Assembly (NCBI RefSeq): GCF_000143415.4
Contig: NW_003314274.1
Location: 1,763,767-1,827,766 of the forward strand
Reading direction: 5' to 3'
DNA from: Selaginella moellendorffii
Taxonomy: Eukaryota; Plantae; Lycopodiophyta
DNA: 64,000 nucleotides
Position numbers and translations under genes: made by a program. Position 1 is the first letter of the stretch, and each line of letters starts with the position of its first letter. Below are positions 52,034 through 64,000 of the stretch, piece after piece. The notes beneath the pieces were generated by a model, which did no database searches, was not told the DNA's origin, and was given only the letters and a program-made list of their open reading frames with translations.

Positions 52034-53771
52034 AGCCACGGATCGTTTCTTGGACACTGGATCACGAGACGAGAATATTTCGCCAATGCAACAGTAGCGC
52101 TGAGCGATCCACCAAGAACGCGCCAATTCGCGGGAGGCGAGCAATGCGCTAGAGTGAGGATCGAGATCGAGAGAGGGGATTGAGAGAAAGATCGAGAGGA
52201 GAGAAGATTTTTGCTTCGTCGCTCGCGCTTTGACGCTGGCCTTGGTCTTCTTCCTAGGCTTTGAGAGAAAATGGGCCCGTGAAGGAACTATTTCTAGCCC
52301 CCTACTAAGTAAATCCCGCGCGTTCCCACTCACACGCTGTTTAGTTTGGCAAGCCCGCCAAATTCTTCGCGCTTATTCTGGAAATATTCTTCAACAATTC
52401 CACGGAGAATCTGACGGTCGTGACGGGCCCGAGAATGACATGTCAGCATACCGCCCGTCCTGTAGAGCCCTACCTATATTTACTATAACGGCGCCGGCGC
52501 TGCACTCACTCCGTACGGCCTCGATTTGTGGCCATATGGCCAGCCGCCGCGCCGCGCACGTATAGTTTTCCCAGGCGAGTGTGGGGATTCTACCGCATGG
52601 GAGAAAGTAACTATGACATTTCCCGTGGGGAATTTGTGCTACGTGGCGGGAGGAGATGAGAGCCTGAAAGCGATGTTAAAGTAGTGTGGCCTATTTATTA
52701 GGGCATGGGCCGCCACCTTTGTTGCTTACACGAGGATGCATGCATGCATGAGTGTGGCAGACATCGGTTTCGAATGTATAACCTCCTCCGCCAACCTTTT
52801 CTTGCTGCGCGTGTCGACAGGGCTGTGTAACAATACTTCGGGTTCGGATTAGGGCTGCCGCCGCAAAGGCGTCAATGGGAGGACACCAAGTAGAGCGCCA
52901 CAGAAAGCAACACGAGCGCACAAGGCTCAAAGGAATCTACCGTTCCAGGTGCACAGCCACCCACGGAATCTTCCAGAGTTACCTCTTTTACTTTTCCAGA
53001 GTTACGCTCTTTTTTTAACCTTGTCGTGAAGTCTGGAAAGGAAAATGCATGAGTTTCTGGACCGCCAGCTTACCATGGCCTGGCCGCAATCAAAAGCAAA
53101 AGATTGGCGGTAAAATCAACACCATACTAAACAAAGCGACGTAAAAAGTTGGTGGGGAGGAAGATTCCTGAGAATCTTTGTCGTTGGGTCTGTGGATGTC
53201 AACGTTGATCTTGACGGGCCAATGCGATTGCTTTGCGTCGGATCGAAGGAAACGAGCGCTTTCATCCTCCAAATCCTCGAAAATCCACTCCGGCCCGACA
53301 GGTTACATTGCACCGTAGCGCGAGCTTCCTGGAATTCCTTCGTTTTTAGTAGTATAGAGAAAAGAACACAATGGAAAGTTGAGGAGACCCTCGGCCCCCA
53401 AGGAAGGAAGAAAGAAGGAACAAGCTTTCACAACATTCTCAAAAAGCTGGAGGGAAGACTGAGAGTACCTTAAGAGCTGTGCGTCCCCTAGAAGTTGACA
53501 CGGTTCCCTCATCTACAAGCCTCCATGGTCCCTCCAGGATGGGAATGCTTCACCAATTTCGCAGCGTTGCAAGTCTTCCTGGATTTCATAGAAAAAAAAT
53601 CCAAAAACAATGGAGAAAAATTAGTATACATCGTCATGTGATGCAGCACCAGCGATATAAAACCAAAGAGTCAAACAAATCCAACCTGCTTTTTGTGTCA
53701 CTCCAGCGGAAGTCACCGACAAGCCGCGAGTCGGAGAAGCTTCTCGCTGTTGAATCGAAGTTGGCTTCGAT

Positions 53772-56700
53772 TCATGCGCTTGCCGGTGCTTGTGCTTGGC
53801 TGGAAAGAAGCTTCGTACGGTAGTCCGTCAGTTCAGCTGCCACGCCGCCCTTCTTGTAGCAGCGTGCCTGGAGAGAGGAGATTTACAGTTGTTTTCCCAG
53901 ATAAAAAAGAATTCTTTCACGAAACTTCTCACCTGATGAATGAGTTGCTCCAGAAAACTGGCCTTGTCGACCGGGATGTCTGGCGTTGACAGTAGCTCGA
54001 ACAACTGCTGGTGAGAATGGCGGTTAGTCGCAAATTCCGTATCGAAGAAACGGAAAAAAGATAAAAAATCAAACCTTGTGCGTATTGTTCGTCTTTGCAT
54101 GTCTTAAAGTCCGCAGAGCTGCCAAAACAAAGTCGCTCGCGTCTCCCAAGAGCTTTCTGCGTTTCTCGGACTGTGCAGCCGACTCTTCGTGGTTGCCACC
54201 TTCGGGATTCCTGTGAGGTACAGAAAGGATTGCAGCTTCCGGTGACGACGAGCCTGCCTCGTCAGGGTCATTTCGAACGTCGGACAGTTCCTTTGGACTC
54301 TTGGCGGGCGAGTTCACCTCGCCACCGCTTGCATCACTGCTGCATTCTCCCGACGAGGCAGACGAAGTGGAAGCTGATCCCGAGAGGCCCGGTGACTCGG
54401 GGCGCCGACGCCGCTTTCGTCCTCGTAGCTGAGCTCCGCCGCTTCCTTCAAACCATGCTTCGTCTGCGGCGTCGTGTTTCTCCTGACGATACGGGTTTCC
54501 AAAGAGCGATCGTTGTTGCTTGGTTCGCTCTTGTTCGTCAGCCTGACAATGAAAAATTTTCAAGTTAGAAAAACGGGAAAAGAAAATACATGATGACTTA
54601 CAAAAGGATTTCGCGGAGGCTGTTGCTTCCACAGAGCGTCACTAAAGTCACCCATCTGTATGTTCAAGGATCAAACGCTTGAGCGACAAAAACGAACAAA
54701 AAAAAGCTCATCACCTTTTCGATAGGTAGCGAGTGACGTGCTTCTTCTTCTTCCATGGCCACCATACGAGCTGCCAAATTGCCCAAGGCTGAGTGGCTTC
54801 CAGTATTGCCAGGGGCTTTCTCGTTTTTACTTCGAGCGTCCATGGCAAGCGCTACACGCATTGGCAAATACTTGAGCTGGCTGGAAAAAGAGGGGGGAAA
54901 AAAAAAACAATCAGCAACAACCCACGGCTCGAAGAGAATTGACTACCTGAAGAGCTCGTTACGAGGCACATCAAACGCATTTTTAAACACCGCAGCATCC
55001 TTCCACGAACCAATTCCCAAGTGGTTGGCAATTTCATTGCCAGCTTTTGGAACTTCGGCAGTAGACGCTTGAGTTGTAAACCTCGCATTTTGATTTGGTT
55101 TTGAAGGTCCGGACGGAATGCAGACCTCGAACGTCCTCTGGCTGAGAACTGAGTCGACGCTGGTTGTCGACGACGAAGAAAAGCGGACAGAAAATGCAGT
55201 AGTAGTGAACGTGTGCGTTCCAGGAGCATCGATGGAACCGGATTTTGAAGACGGAAAGACTCTTTCATGTGGCTTGGGGGCATAAGAACTTGAGTTTATC
55301 AGCTTCTCCGTCTGTAAAATATTTAGATTTGCAAGAGAACGAGAAAATCCAAAACATTACCATACTCTCCAGCTCCGTCTTTGCCTGAGCTTTCAACCGT
55401 TTGAGCTGGTTTCCAACAAAACCAGCAAAAATTGTTTTCTCGAGAGCATCCGGCACAACATGCAGGTTCAATCCCCACTGCCGAAGTGCAGCTCTCAAGG
55501 GCGGGCCATAGTACGCCGGAATACTGTTGCAATATCGCTCCATTTCTTGTCGCCACTGTATTGTGTTTGTAGCCTTTGGATTTTTGCTAGCGTGCTCCAA
55601 TAGATGAAACAGTACCTGATAAAAAAAGACTACGTCAAGTTCAAGCCGATAAACATATTTACTTACTGGATAATTGTATGGTAGCACGAAAAGAGTGAGA
55701 TTTGACCCAATAAGCTTGAGATACCTGTTGTAAGAACCATAGAAACTAACTTAACCAAAAATCACTTCTTCATACCCAAATGGATCTCCATAGCCAAAGT
55801 TTGGCCCCTTACTATTACGTATGAAGACTTGCCAGCATGCATTAGCCGCTGCTTTCGTCAAAAAGTTCACAATCGGGTTGGACTCGATCTGCAAAGAAGC
55901 TCTGGAAAGTTAGGCCTTACAAGTCCCTCAACTCAAGCGCTTACGTCGTACTTATCGTAGATAAACTGCGCGGGAATCGATGGATCCGAGTCGATAGCTT
56001 TGTAGACAATAACAGGATGAGGCTCTCGAGGAGGAAGAGATTGCTGTGACGAGTCAGGCCAAAAGGTCTCCGGTATTGGCCAATGCCCCTGGTGAGGCTG
56101 ATTGGCCCTGATAAGCAAGAGCTTTCGTTGGCAGGCAGCATGAACCTAGGAGAAAGAAAATAAAAACATAAAAGTTGTAAAGAAACATCAAGATATAGTA
56201 CAAACCTGAGGCGGCGGAGCAGTGGTTCCGGGAATTGGCATATTTTCGAAAGACACCACCACGCAAGTTGAGAGCCGAGATGTGACTTCAATGTGCTGCA
56301 TTAAGATTTTTAAACTTGTTGCCACATAACATTTTCCCCTGCGTGAAGATAAACTCTATGAGCCAACGGAAGAACCAAGACAAGGAAATAAAAAAGATAC
56401 AATATATCAAGCACGTACCCAGTCGACTCGCAAAACGCAGAGATGTCATTGTCCATTGCCAGAGCCGTTTTAGAACCCGAGATAGGAGCATTCTGCGGAA
56501 GAGGTCCGCTCCGTTCTAATACTTGCTGACTGACCGATGGCATCCTGCATACGAAAAGTCATGTAAACCACAGCAGAAACCAGATAGCTCACCTGAGAAC
56601 AATCGCAAAGACTCTTTGATCCCAGCGGTAAGGCTTTGCAGCTAGCTCGCCGCCTGCAGGAGCCGGACCATTTGGTACAATGGTCTTGAGAACACCTGCC

Positions 56701-57411
56701 TAAGATACGCAAAGAGAATATAAAAACGAGACTTCAAATCGAGAATGGAAATACTTTAGAAGTGAGTTCTGTTCCATCCGTCAACAGAATAATCGTCGTC
56801 GGTTCTATATGTATAGGATTTCGCCCCTGACCTGGAACAAAACGCTGTAAGAGACACAAGGCAAAAGAACGAGTGAAAAACATACCATACTTTTCAGTAT
56901 CGTTTACAAGCCGATGAAGGTGAAGATAGTCAAGAACTAGCTGTAACGACGTACCAATTTCCGTGAGATCGTGAGCTTCAATGCTCTTCAGTGCTCGCGT
57001 GAAGTTAACAAATGGATATTTGTCGACCACCTAGAAACAGAAAAAAACAGAAGAAAAAAACACACAAAGAACTTAGTGATAAAACAACTAGGCCAGATCG
57101 AAAGAAAAGATCACCTTGATCGCATTTACTCCCTCTTCGCAAGTCACAAGGAGATATCTGGGATAGAAATGCGGTAAACAAATGCTAGAGCTACTAAATT
57201 CTCACGCACCTGTCCGATTTGTGCCAAGTGATGTCTCGCAGGCGCAACTGGAGCAAGAGAAAGGGCAATGTGAAGAGATTTGGATGGAGCTCCAGCGGCT
57301 TACCTTGACGAAATGCTCCACGGCACTCTTGGCGCAATCCAGCAGCGACAGGCCATTCGAGCAGCGCTGGTTCATCGACGCGCTAGTATCGATCACAAAA
57401 ACCACGGTCAT
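53772..57411 (-). CDS. INTS6: Integrator complex subunit 6 homolog (vWA domain), many exons
   Basis: MTVVFVIDTSASMNQR..LLDCAKSAVEHFVK, D.YGQGRNP..IEPTTIILLTDG, FCESTGG, GHWPIPETFWPD..LPPREPHP, DKYD, PFGYL, LPYNYPVL, IP.YY.PPLR.AL, FGNPY, and C-terminal FLEQLIHQARCYKK. These parallel animal INTS6 along the whole length. Confidence 0.88.
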
Positions 57412-59315
57412 CTCTACGGGCACTAAAAACCTAGCTCCAAGGGGATAAATATATTAGGGTTCCTCGAAATATGTTAAATATGGCTTTCTGCTGGAGATTT
57501 AAGTACGACCTTATCAGGTTTTTTTGGTATTTTTGGTATTTTTAGGGTGAACTGGTCATGAAGATTAAGTATTTTGTGAACCGGACCAAGCGCTTCTGGA
57601 AGAAGGTTGATAATCTGTATAAGAAAACTCTGAAGCTTCATGATGTGTGCGGGGCTTTGGTGCGCCTAGATGTTTCATATATGAGGAGGTACAGAAGGTC
57701 AATACGGACAGACGGGGTTGTGAAAAGGAGGACAATCAGAACATACAAGCAACAACACATGGATGTAACCAGTTAGATATTGTTATCGATGACTTGGTGA
57801 TGTAGTCATCACTAATTAGGGTTGACTCTGAGGACTATCGTTTTAATTTTGACAGATTTAATTAAGGCCCTGGTGCATTCCTCAATCCTCCAGCCACACT
57901 TATCTAGTGACTAACTTTTAGCTGGATTTCCCTTAGGGTTCTCTCATTGGTGGGTAGTTTTCATCTCTTTGATTGTCTTGAGAGTTTGTATGCAACAGGG
58001 CCTCATCTAGAGGCCATGATTGTGCATAGAGGTGCAATAGTGAACATGGCTGGTGCACACAACTAACTTTTTGCTCCACACTAAGACATTGTTACAAATT
58101 AGAATACAACTCATTGCAGCTAAATTGTTGATCCGAAAATCTAATAATTTGCTCTGACAACTTTGGTTGCTTTAGTTTATTATATTTTTTCTATATATGA
58201 ATATAGGAATTGATCTATATTTCCTTCTAAATGATCTCAATTCATCCTTTTTGTTAATTAGGTTAACAAAATAACACTAAGAATTTGTGTTAATTACTCC
58301 CCACGAATTTAAAGATATAACTCAATTACCATCCTTTATCTCCTTTAATAATTTCATCTTTGACTTGTATCATTCTCTTCTGGGTTTAACAAAATATTTC
58401 TTGTTTACAAAGTTTTAAACCTCATCAAGTTTGTTTCTTAATGCCTTTTTAAGCTTTTAAGACCTAGTTCTAAAGAAAAACCCAAAACATCAGAACTTAT
58501 ACCTTTGATTTCCTTTTGTTACTAGACTCCTTTATCCTTTCAAATAAAAAACATCTAAGAAAACAAGAAAAAAAAACCTATTGTAAGACATAATAGTTAA
58601 CTAGCCTGCTATGATGTGATGGAAGACCAGCTAGCCTAAAATCCAGCCAACTCTGTAATATAAGAAGGATATCAATTGCCTTATTATGGTGCAATAGAAA
58701 AGGATGTTAGCTAGCTTGCTATGGTGTGATGGAAGACTAGTTGGGAGCACAAAGGATTTAGCTATTTATCATTGCTACTACAAGGGATTTTTGGCACTTA
58801 TCTTTGTAATATAATTGGATGAAAGAAATTTAAATAGATTTTAAATAGGGTTTATATTAAAGAAAATTAATAGTAAACAGTTAGATTAAGGAATATCATA
58901 AATATACTTAAATATTCTAATTATATCCAGATGTTCTATTCCATCTTTTTTTGTTTACTTTAGAAAGCCTCACATTGCTCTATCAAAATATCAATTGACT
59001 TTATTCTAATAAATTCAAGTATATTCTTTTATCTAGATTAAAATTTTCTTTAATTCACAGTTTAATGTTAATATTCTTAATTACTTTTTAAATTTCTAAA
59101 AATTAATTAATTAGCTTATGTAAGTATTTAGTTTGTATAAAAGTATAAAGCAATTGATAAGCAAGTCTTTAGAAGGGACAAAAGAATAACCAACCTGTGG
59201 CAAGTGTCGTGACATGTAAAAGTGTCAAAGTCAATATACTAAAACTGAAAGACTCAAAGTAAAATAATGTTAGAACCATCTTGATCACCGAAAAACCAAA
59301 TGTCTAAATTGACAG

Positions 59316-59380
59316 ATATATCTAAAGCTAAATATATCTAGGGCGAGAGTGTCAAATATATCTAAAGCTAAATATATCTA
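59316..59380. repeat. 25-bp direct repeat ATATATCTAAAGCTAAATATATCTA, two copies
   Basis: Copies at 59316-59340 and 59356-59380. Confidence 0.85.
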
Positions 59381-60074
59381 AAGTGTGGTGAAAGCCTAGA
59401 GTGATTTCCTTCTAGACCTTAGGGAATTCAATAAGTCCTTGCAAGATAGTGGGGAGGAGGATATCCCCATTTATATTGTCATCTATCACCTATTTGATGG
59501 ATGGATTGATCAACATAAAATAGAACTAATGGTGCTAAGTAAAGTTATACTCATGTGGTGGGTGAAGATATAAATACTAAAGAGTCCAAAAATAAACTAA
59601 ACATGGATGGATACATGGGCTAATGTGATAAAATGTTCAAAAATTGGCTCTATCTCCTTTGAGAGATGAGATAGTTAATACTCCCAATTTAAGTGTGAAT
59701 TGCTTTATCTCTTTAGATACTTTATATGACTCATTGGAGACTCACTTTAGCCATATTGTTAGGGCATTTTGGTGGTTGAAGGTGGTGGGAGTACCTATAA
59801 AGTTTGTATTAAGCCATAATATTTTGAAATGTTATCTTAAAGTCTTAATTGTGGAAAGAAAGAAGAGTCATTTTCTTACTTAGTAACTAAGGGTATAATT
59901 ACGTGGTGAAGAGGTTTTAAAAATTAATAAAACTTAGTGGATGGGCCTTTGGGCCCTGACCCAATGGCCATATTAGTGAATATTGTCGTAAATGGAGAGT
60001 AAGTAATGTATATTTCTACCCTTACATTTGAAATTATATATATTGAGCATCTATACATACATCCTTCCTCTTGT

Positions 60075-60670
60075 GAAGCATTCATAGATGAAAATATTCA
60101 TCTTGAAAGTGCAGTACAAGTTGATGATTAGTTGTTTCACATGGAATAACTAATCTATACAATGGAAATATTAGTAGATTCATTGTCAAAATAAAAGTGT
60201 TAGTTCCCTTTAGCTCAATAGGGGTTATTGTTACTTTAGAGGATAAATAGGGATAAAATAACCATTAAAGGCTTTCTCATTAAGCAATGGCTTTCTTTCT
60301 AATTGACTTAAAAGGGAAAGATAAGTGTGCTTCAAAAGAATATTGAAGGTTTAGATCTTGAGTTATCCTATGGATGTTAAAAAGTAGTAATAAAGTAACC
60401 ACTTATATATAATTTTGTATTGAAAATACAAGTTTATGATATAAAAGGTGATATAGTGAGAATTTACACGACTTTAGTATAAAAGGTTGATATGTTAAAA
60501 GTACATAAAAATGCAAAATCAATGTAGTTTTAAAACCACTTTTGGGGTCTTGGTAAGTATTTTAATTTGAAATAAGAAAGTTGTGAATGAGACTCTTCCA
60601 AGTATAAGATGTGATTAAGGTAACTAAAGTAAAATAGAAAATTTAATCATTTACAACTTGGTATCAAAGT
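60075..60670 (+). mobile_element. Degenerate Ty1/copia 3' end (RNase H remnant, PPT), LTR 60229-60655, and a following PBS
   Basis: Remnant IYTMEILVDSLSK resembles the copia RNase H end (I.T..xADxLTK). Then AATAGGGGTTAT|TGTT, a TATA-like box at ~60403, and ...TTTACA|ACTTGGTATCAAAG (Met PBS-like). Confidence 0.55.
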
Positions 60671-61021
60671 TTTTTCTTTAATTTAATTTTTATTAGTGGT
60701 TAAATATATCAACCACTTGATATTGACATTTTAAGGTCCTAGGAATAAAGTTAAACTTGAGGAATATGATATCATGAAAGTATCACTCTTCATTTTAATT
60801 CTTCTATGCTTTATTTCGTTAAAGTGGGACTTATTCAGTAGAGTGGGATATTAATTAGCATGTGTCCACATGCCATTTCCTAGTACTTAATTAATATTTA
60901 TTAATATTTCTATCAGTTTTTTAATTTATTTTTTTATATTTCACAATATTATAACACAAAATCATATGAAAAGTTTTTAATTTATAAATTATAAAGTTAA
61001 AATTTCAATTTTTTATTGTTG

Positions 61022-61553
61022 NNNNNNNNNNNNNNNNNNNNNNNNNNNNNNNNNNNNNNNNNNNNNNNNNNNNNNNNNNNNNNNNNNNNNNNNNNNNNNN
61101 NNNNNNNNNNNNNNNNNNNNNNNNNNNNNNNNNNNNNNNNNNNNNNNNNNNNNNNNNNNNNNNNNNNNNNNNNNNNNNNNNNNNNNNNNNNNNNNNNNNN
61201 NNNNNNNNNNNNNNNNNNNNNNNNNNNNNNNNNNNNNNNNNNNNNNNNNNNNNNNNNNNNNNNNNNNNNNNNNNNNNNNNNNNNNNNNNNNNNNNNNNNN
61301 NNNNNNNNNNNNNNNNNNNNNNNNNNNNNNNNNNNNNNNNNNNNNNNNNNNNNNNNNNNNNNNNNNNNNNNNNNNNNNNNNNNNNNNNNNNNNNNNNNNN
61401 NNNNNNNNNNNNNNNNNNNNNNNNNNNNNNNNNNNNNNNNNNNNNNNNNNNNNNNNNNNNNNNNNNNNNNNNNNNNNNNNNNNNNNNNNNNNNNNNNNNN
61501 NNNNNNNNNNNNNNNNNNNNNNNNNNNNNNNNNNNNNNNNNNNNNNNNNNNNN
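61022..61553. other. Assembly gap (N run)
   Basis: 532 consecutive N bases. Confidence 1.
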
Positions 61554-64000
61554 TGGGTAAAATGACTCAAACAAAAATGGATACTAAATATTAAAGTACT
61601 AATTTGTTTATCAAATGAGATAGCACCTCAAGAGTAGCCATAAAACTATGACTTTATGGGTCATAAAACTAGTCAATTTAAATGTTAAATAACTCAATAG
61701 AGTCAAAAGATAATCCCAAATATGTAAATGAAGTAAATTTAAATGAAGGTGTATTGTATATAATCAAAGACTAAAACGATCTTGAGATTTAATTATATAA
61801 ATAGTAGATATGTTATTAATGACTAAAAGTGTTATACTGTAAAAGAAAAAAATATTTATAGAGGAAAATAACTTTTATGAAGACTTATATTTTTATACAA
61901 TAATGAAACCTAGCCAATATAAGATATTTTTATATAAGAAATTAGTTTTTGTAAAAAACATAAACACAAGGTCATAAGAATAGATTAATAAAGCAAATAG
62001 TGGAGAAACACTAAATATTTCATTAGAAAACATATTGAGTAGGTCAAAATGGTTAGTTTAAGAAATTTTTGTTAAGGAAATCCTGGAAGAAATAGAATTG
62101 ATATAATCTAAGTTGAAAAGCATAGAAATAAAATGTTTCAACCAAATGTGAATGAAAGTGTGAAAACATCAACAATGAGTTCTAGGAATATAATAATTAT
62201 AAGGTAACTAAGCATAAGTTTAATATAATTAATTAGAAAAGTGAAAGCTAACTTCTCAAAACTTCTGTTAGCTCTTCCTAAGTCATTAAGTAAGTTTATC
62301 ACTACTAATGTGTAAATAGTAAATAAAAAGTTTACTTCTTTGCATACAAAATAATAAGTGAAAAAAATATATAGAGCCAAAAACAAGTAAGAAAAGGATA
62401 AAGCTAAACATAAGAGTAAACGAACATAATAAATGATAGTTATGTAAATTAAAATATGTAGTAGAAGTGTGGTATTAAAATTTGTTGTAAAGTGAGGCTA
62501 TTAAAATTAAGTTCCTACATATTCAAAAGAGTTTCTTTAAAAAAACATTAATATCATTCAAATAAATTGATTTAAATGATTTTAAACTGAGAAGCTATAA
62601 TATGAATCTTTGGTGATTGTTAGATTTTATAAAATAAATGAATAAACATAGTTGAACTTTAGTATGATTTCATAGTAATTTGTTAAAAAACTTTATCTAT
62701 ACTATAGAAATAAAGCTAGAAAATTAATCTCACTCTTAAAAATAATGGAATTTTATGGTGTATCATTTTTTTTATCTTTGAAAGTATTCAATTAATTTAT
62801 ATTTGTAATTTTCAAATATTGGTATAAATAAATAGCAATAAACTTTTGTTTAACCAAAAAGATATAAAGGGGAAAGCAATTATTTATTTTACATCTGTTC
62901 TTGATCAACAGTAAGAGTAACTCATCACTAAATAAATTAAAGAATTAAGGATTTTATTTAATTTTTTCTTTTTCAAAGGTAGGCACTAATCTTATAAATA
63001 GTATAGTGATTTCCAAAATAGAGTATTTGAATAAATTCAAAGATCAAATAATAGATATTTAATTTTTATTTTATATATTTTATATGCTTTCTTGAGTTGT
63101 AAATCTTTGTAAAGAATGAACTTTAGGAAGATAAAGAGAACAAAATAATGATTCTAGTTTATATTATATAATATGTCAGTTTTCTATTACATTGAAATAA
63201 ATTCTTTTCTTTTATAACATTTTTTCTTTTTTCTATTTCTTTATATTTACACAAAATAAGTATTTTATATACAAATTTATTTTTTCTTTGTATACACATC
63301 TTAATTAGTAATACATGTTAAGTTGAGATTCTCTCAAATACCAATACTAACCATTTACATGTTAAAGGTTCCCATTTTCACAAAGCAAAAATATTTATAT
63401 TACAATATCTCATAGAGAAAAATCATGTTATGAAGATCCAGCTCTAACATTTTTGTCATAGGCTTTATAATGCTATTATAGCTATGAATTCCACACCTTA
63501 ATTAATTTTACCATTTGGCATTTTTAATAATTTTTATTCATAAATTCATAGCTTACAATATCAAATAGCCAAAACGCTAAAACCAACTCTATAAAAACAC
63601 ACATATTTATTGATATATCCATTACTATAAAGTAAAGCCTAAGTTGCTTAAAAGAATGATATGAAAGTGTTTCAAGATGTTTTTTAACTTCCATAACTTA
63701 CTGTATAGCCAAAATTAGTTATTTTATTATGCCAGTTTTTTTAGTAGATTTTAAACTTTATATCTTGGTAAATTATTTTTTTAGAGTGAATCCATGCAAA
63801 TCTTAAGAGAATCTATGTCATAAACAATTTAATTTTATGTTCTTCAATCCTTTTATGATGTTTTATTTCCATTTCCATCAGTTCAAAGACTATGAAATAT
63901 TAAAAGATATGATGGGTATATGAATATCATAAATCTTTTTAATGTTACAATAAATAAAAATATCAGTTTTTATCTCATTCACCATAATATTCAAAGTAAA

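Noticed and set aside
61005-61594. Poly-X ORFs
   Set aside because: Artefacts of the N gap.

Overview
Eukaryotic plant nuclear DNA, most likely the lycophyte Selaginella. This is an inference from the very high gene density, introns of about 44-60 nt, and a dynein-arm assembly gene that implies flagellated sperm. Gene islands at ~0.6-5 kb and 16.5-57.4 kb carry about 18 mostly multi-exon loci: PurM, DUF1995/LPA3-like, U/P-type cyclin, a G-type lectin receptor kinase with two in-frame stops, a CK2-substrate-family gene, HD-Zip IV, DNAAF5/HEATR2, peroxisomal SDR, an ectodomain-less probable pseudokinase, PTST1, CCT2, a frameshifted MpaB/DUF2236-like oxygenase, a UGT, an orphan gene, GLR, HIPP, CYP78A and INTS6. 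AT-rich decayed retroelement and pseudogene tracts lie at ~5.4-16 kb and 57.5-64 kb, with an N gap at 61022-61553. The most notable observations are: (1) a microbial-type MpaB-like oxygenase gene directly upstream of a UGT; (2) a plant INTS6 with an apparent 3'-UTR intron; (3) an extended base-paired element in the HD-Zip IV 3' UTR; (4) a duplicated splice acceptor in PTST1; (5) operon-like 58-147 bp spacers between co-oriented genes; (6) an LTR flanked by both PPT and PBS. Gene identities come from motif recognition by eye, with no database search, and internal exon boundaries are approximate.
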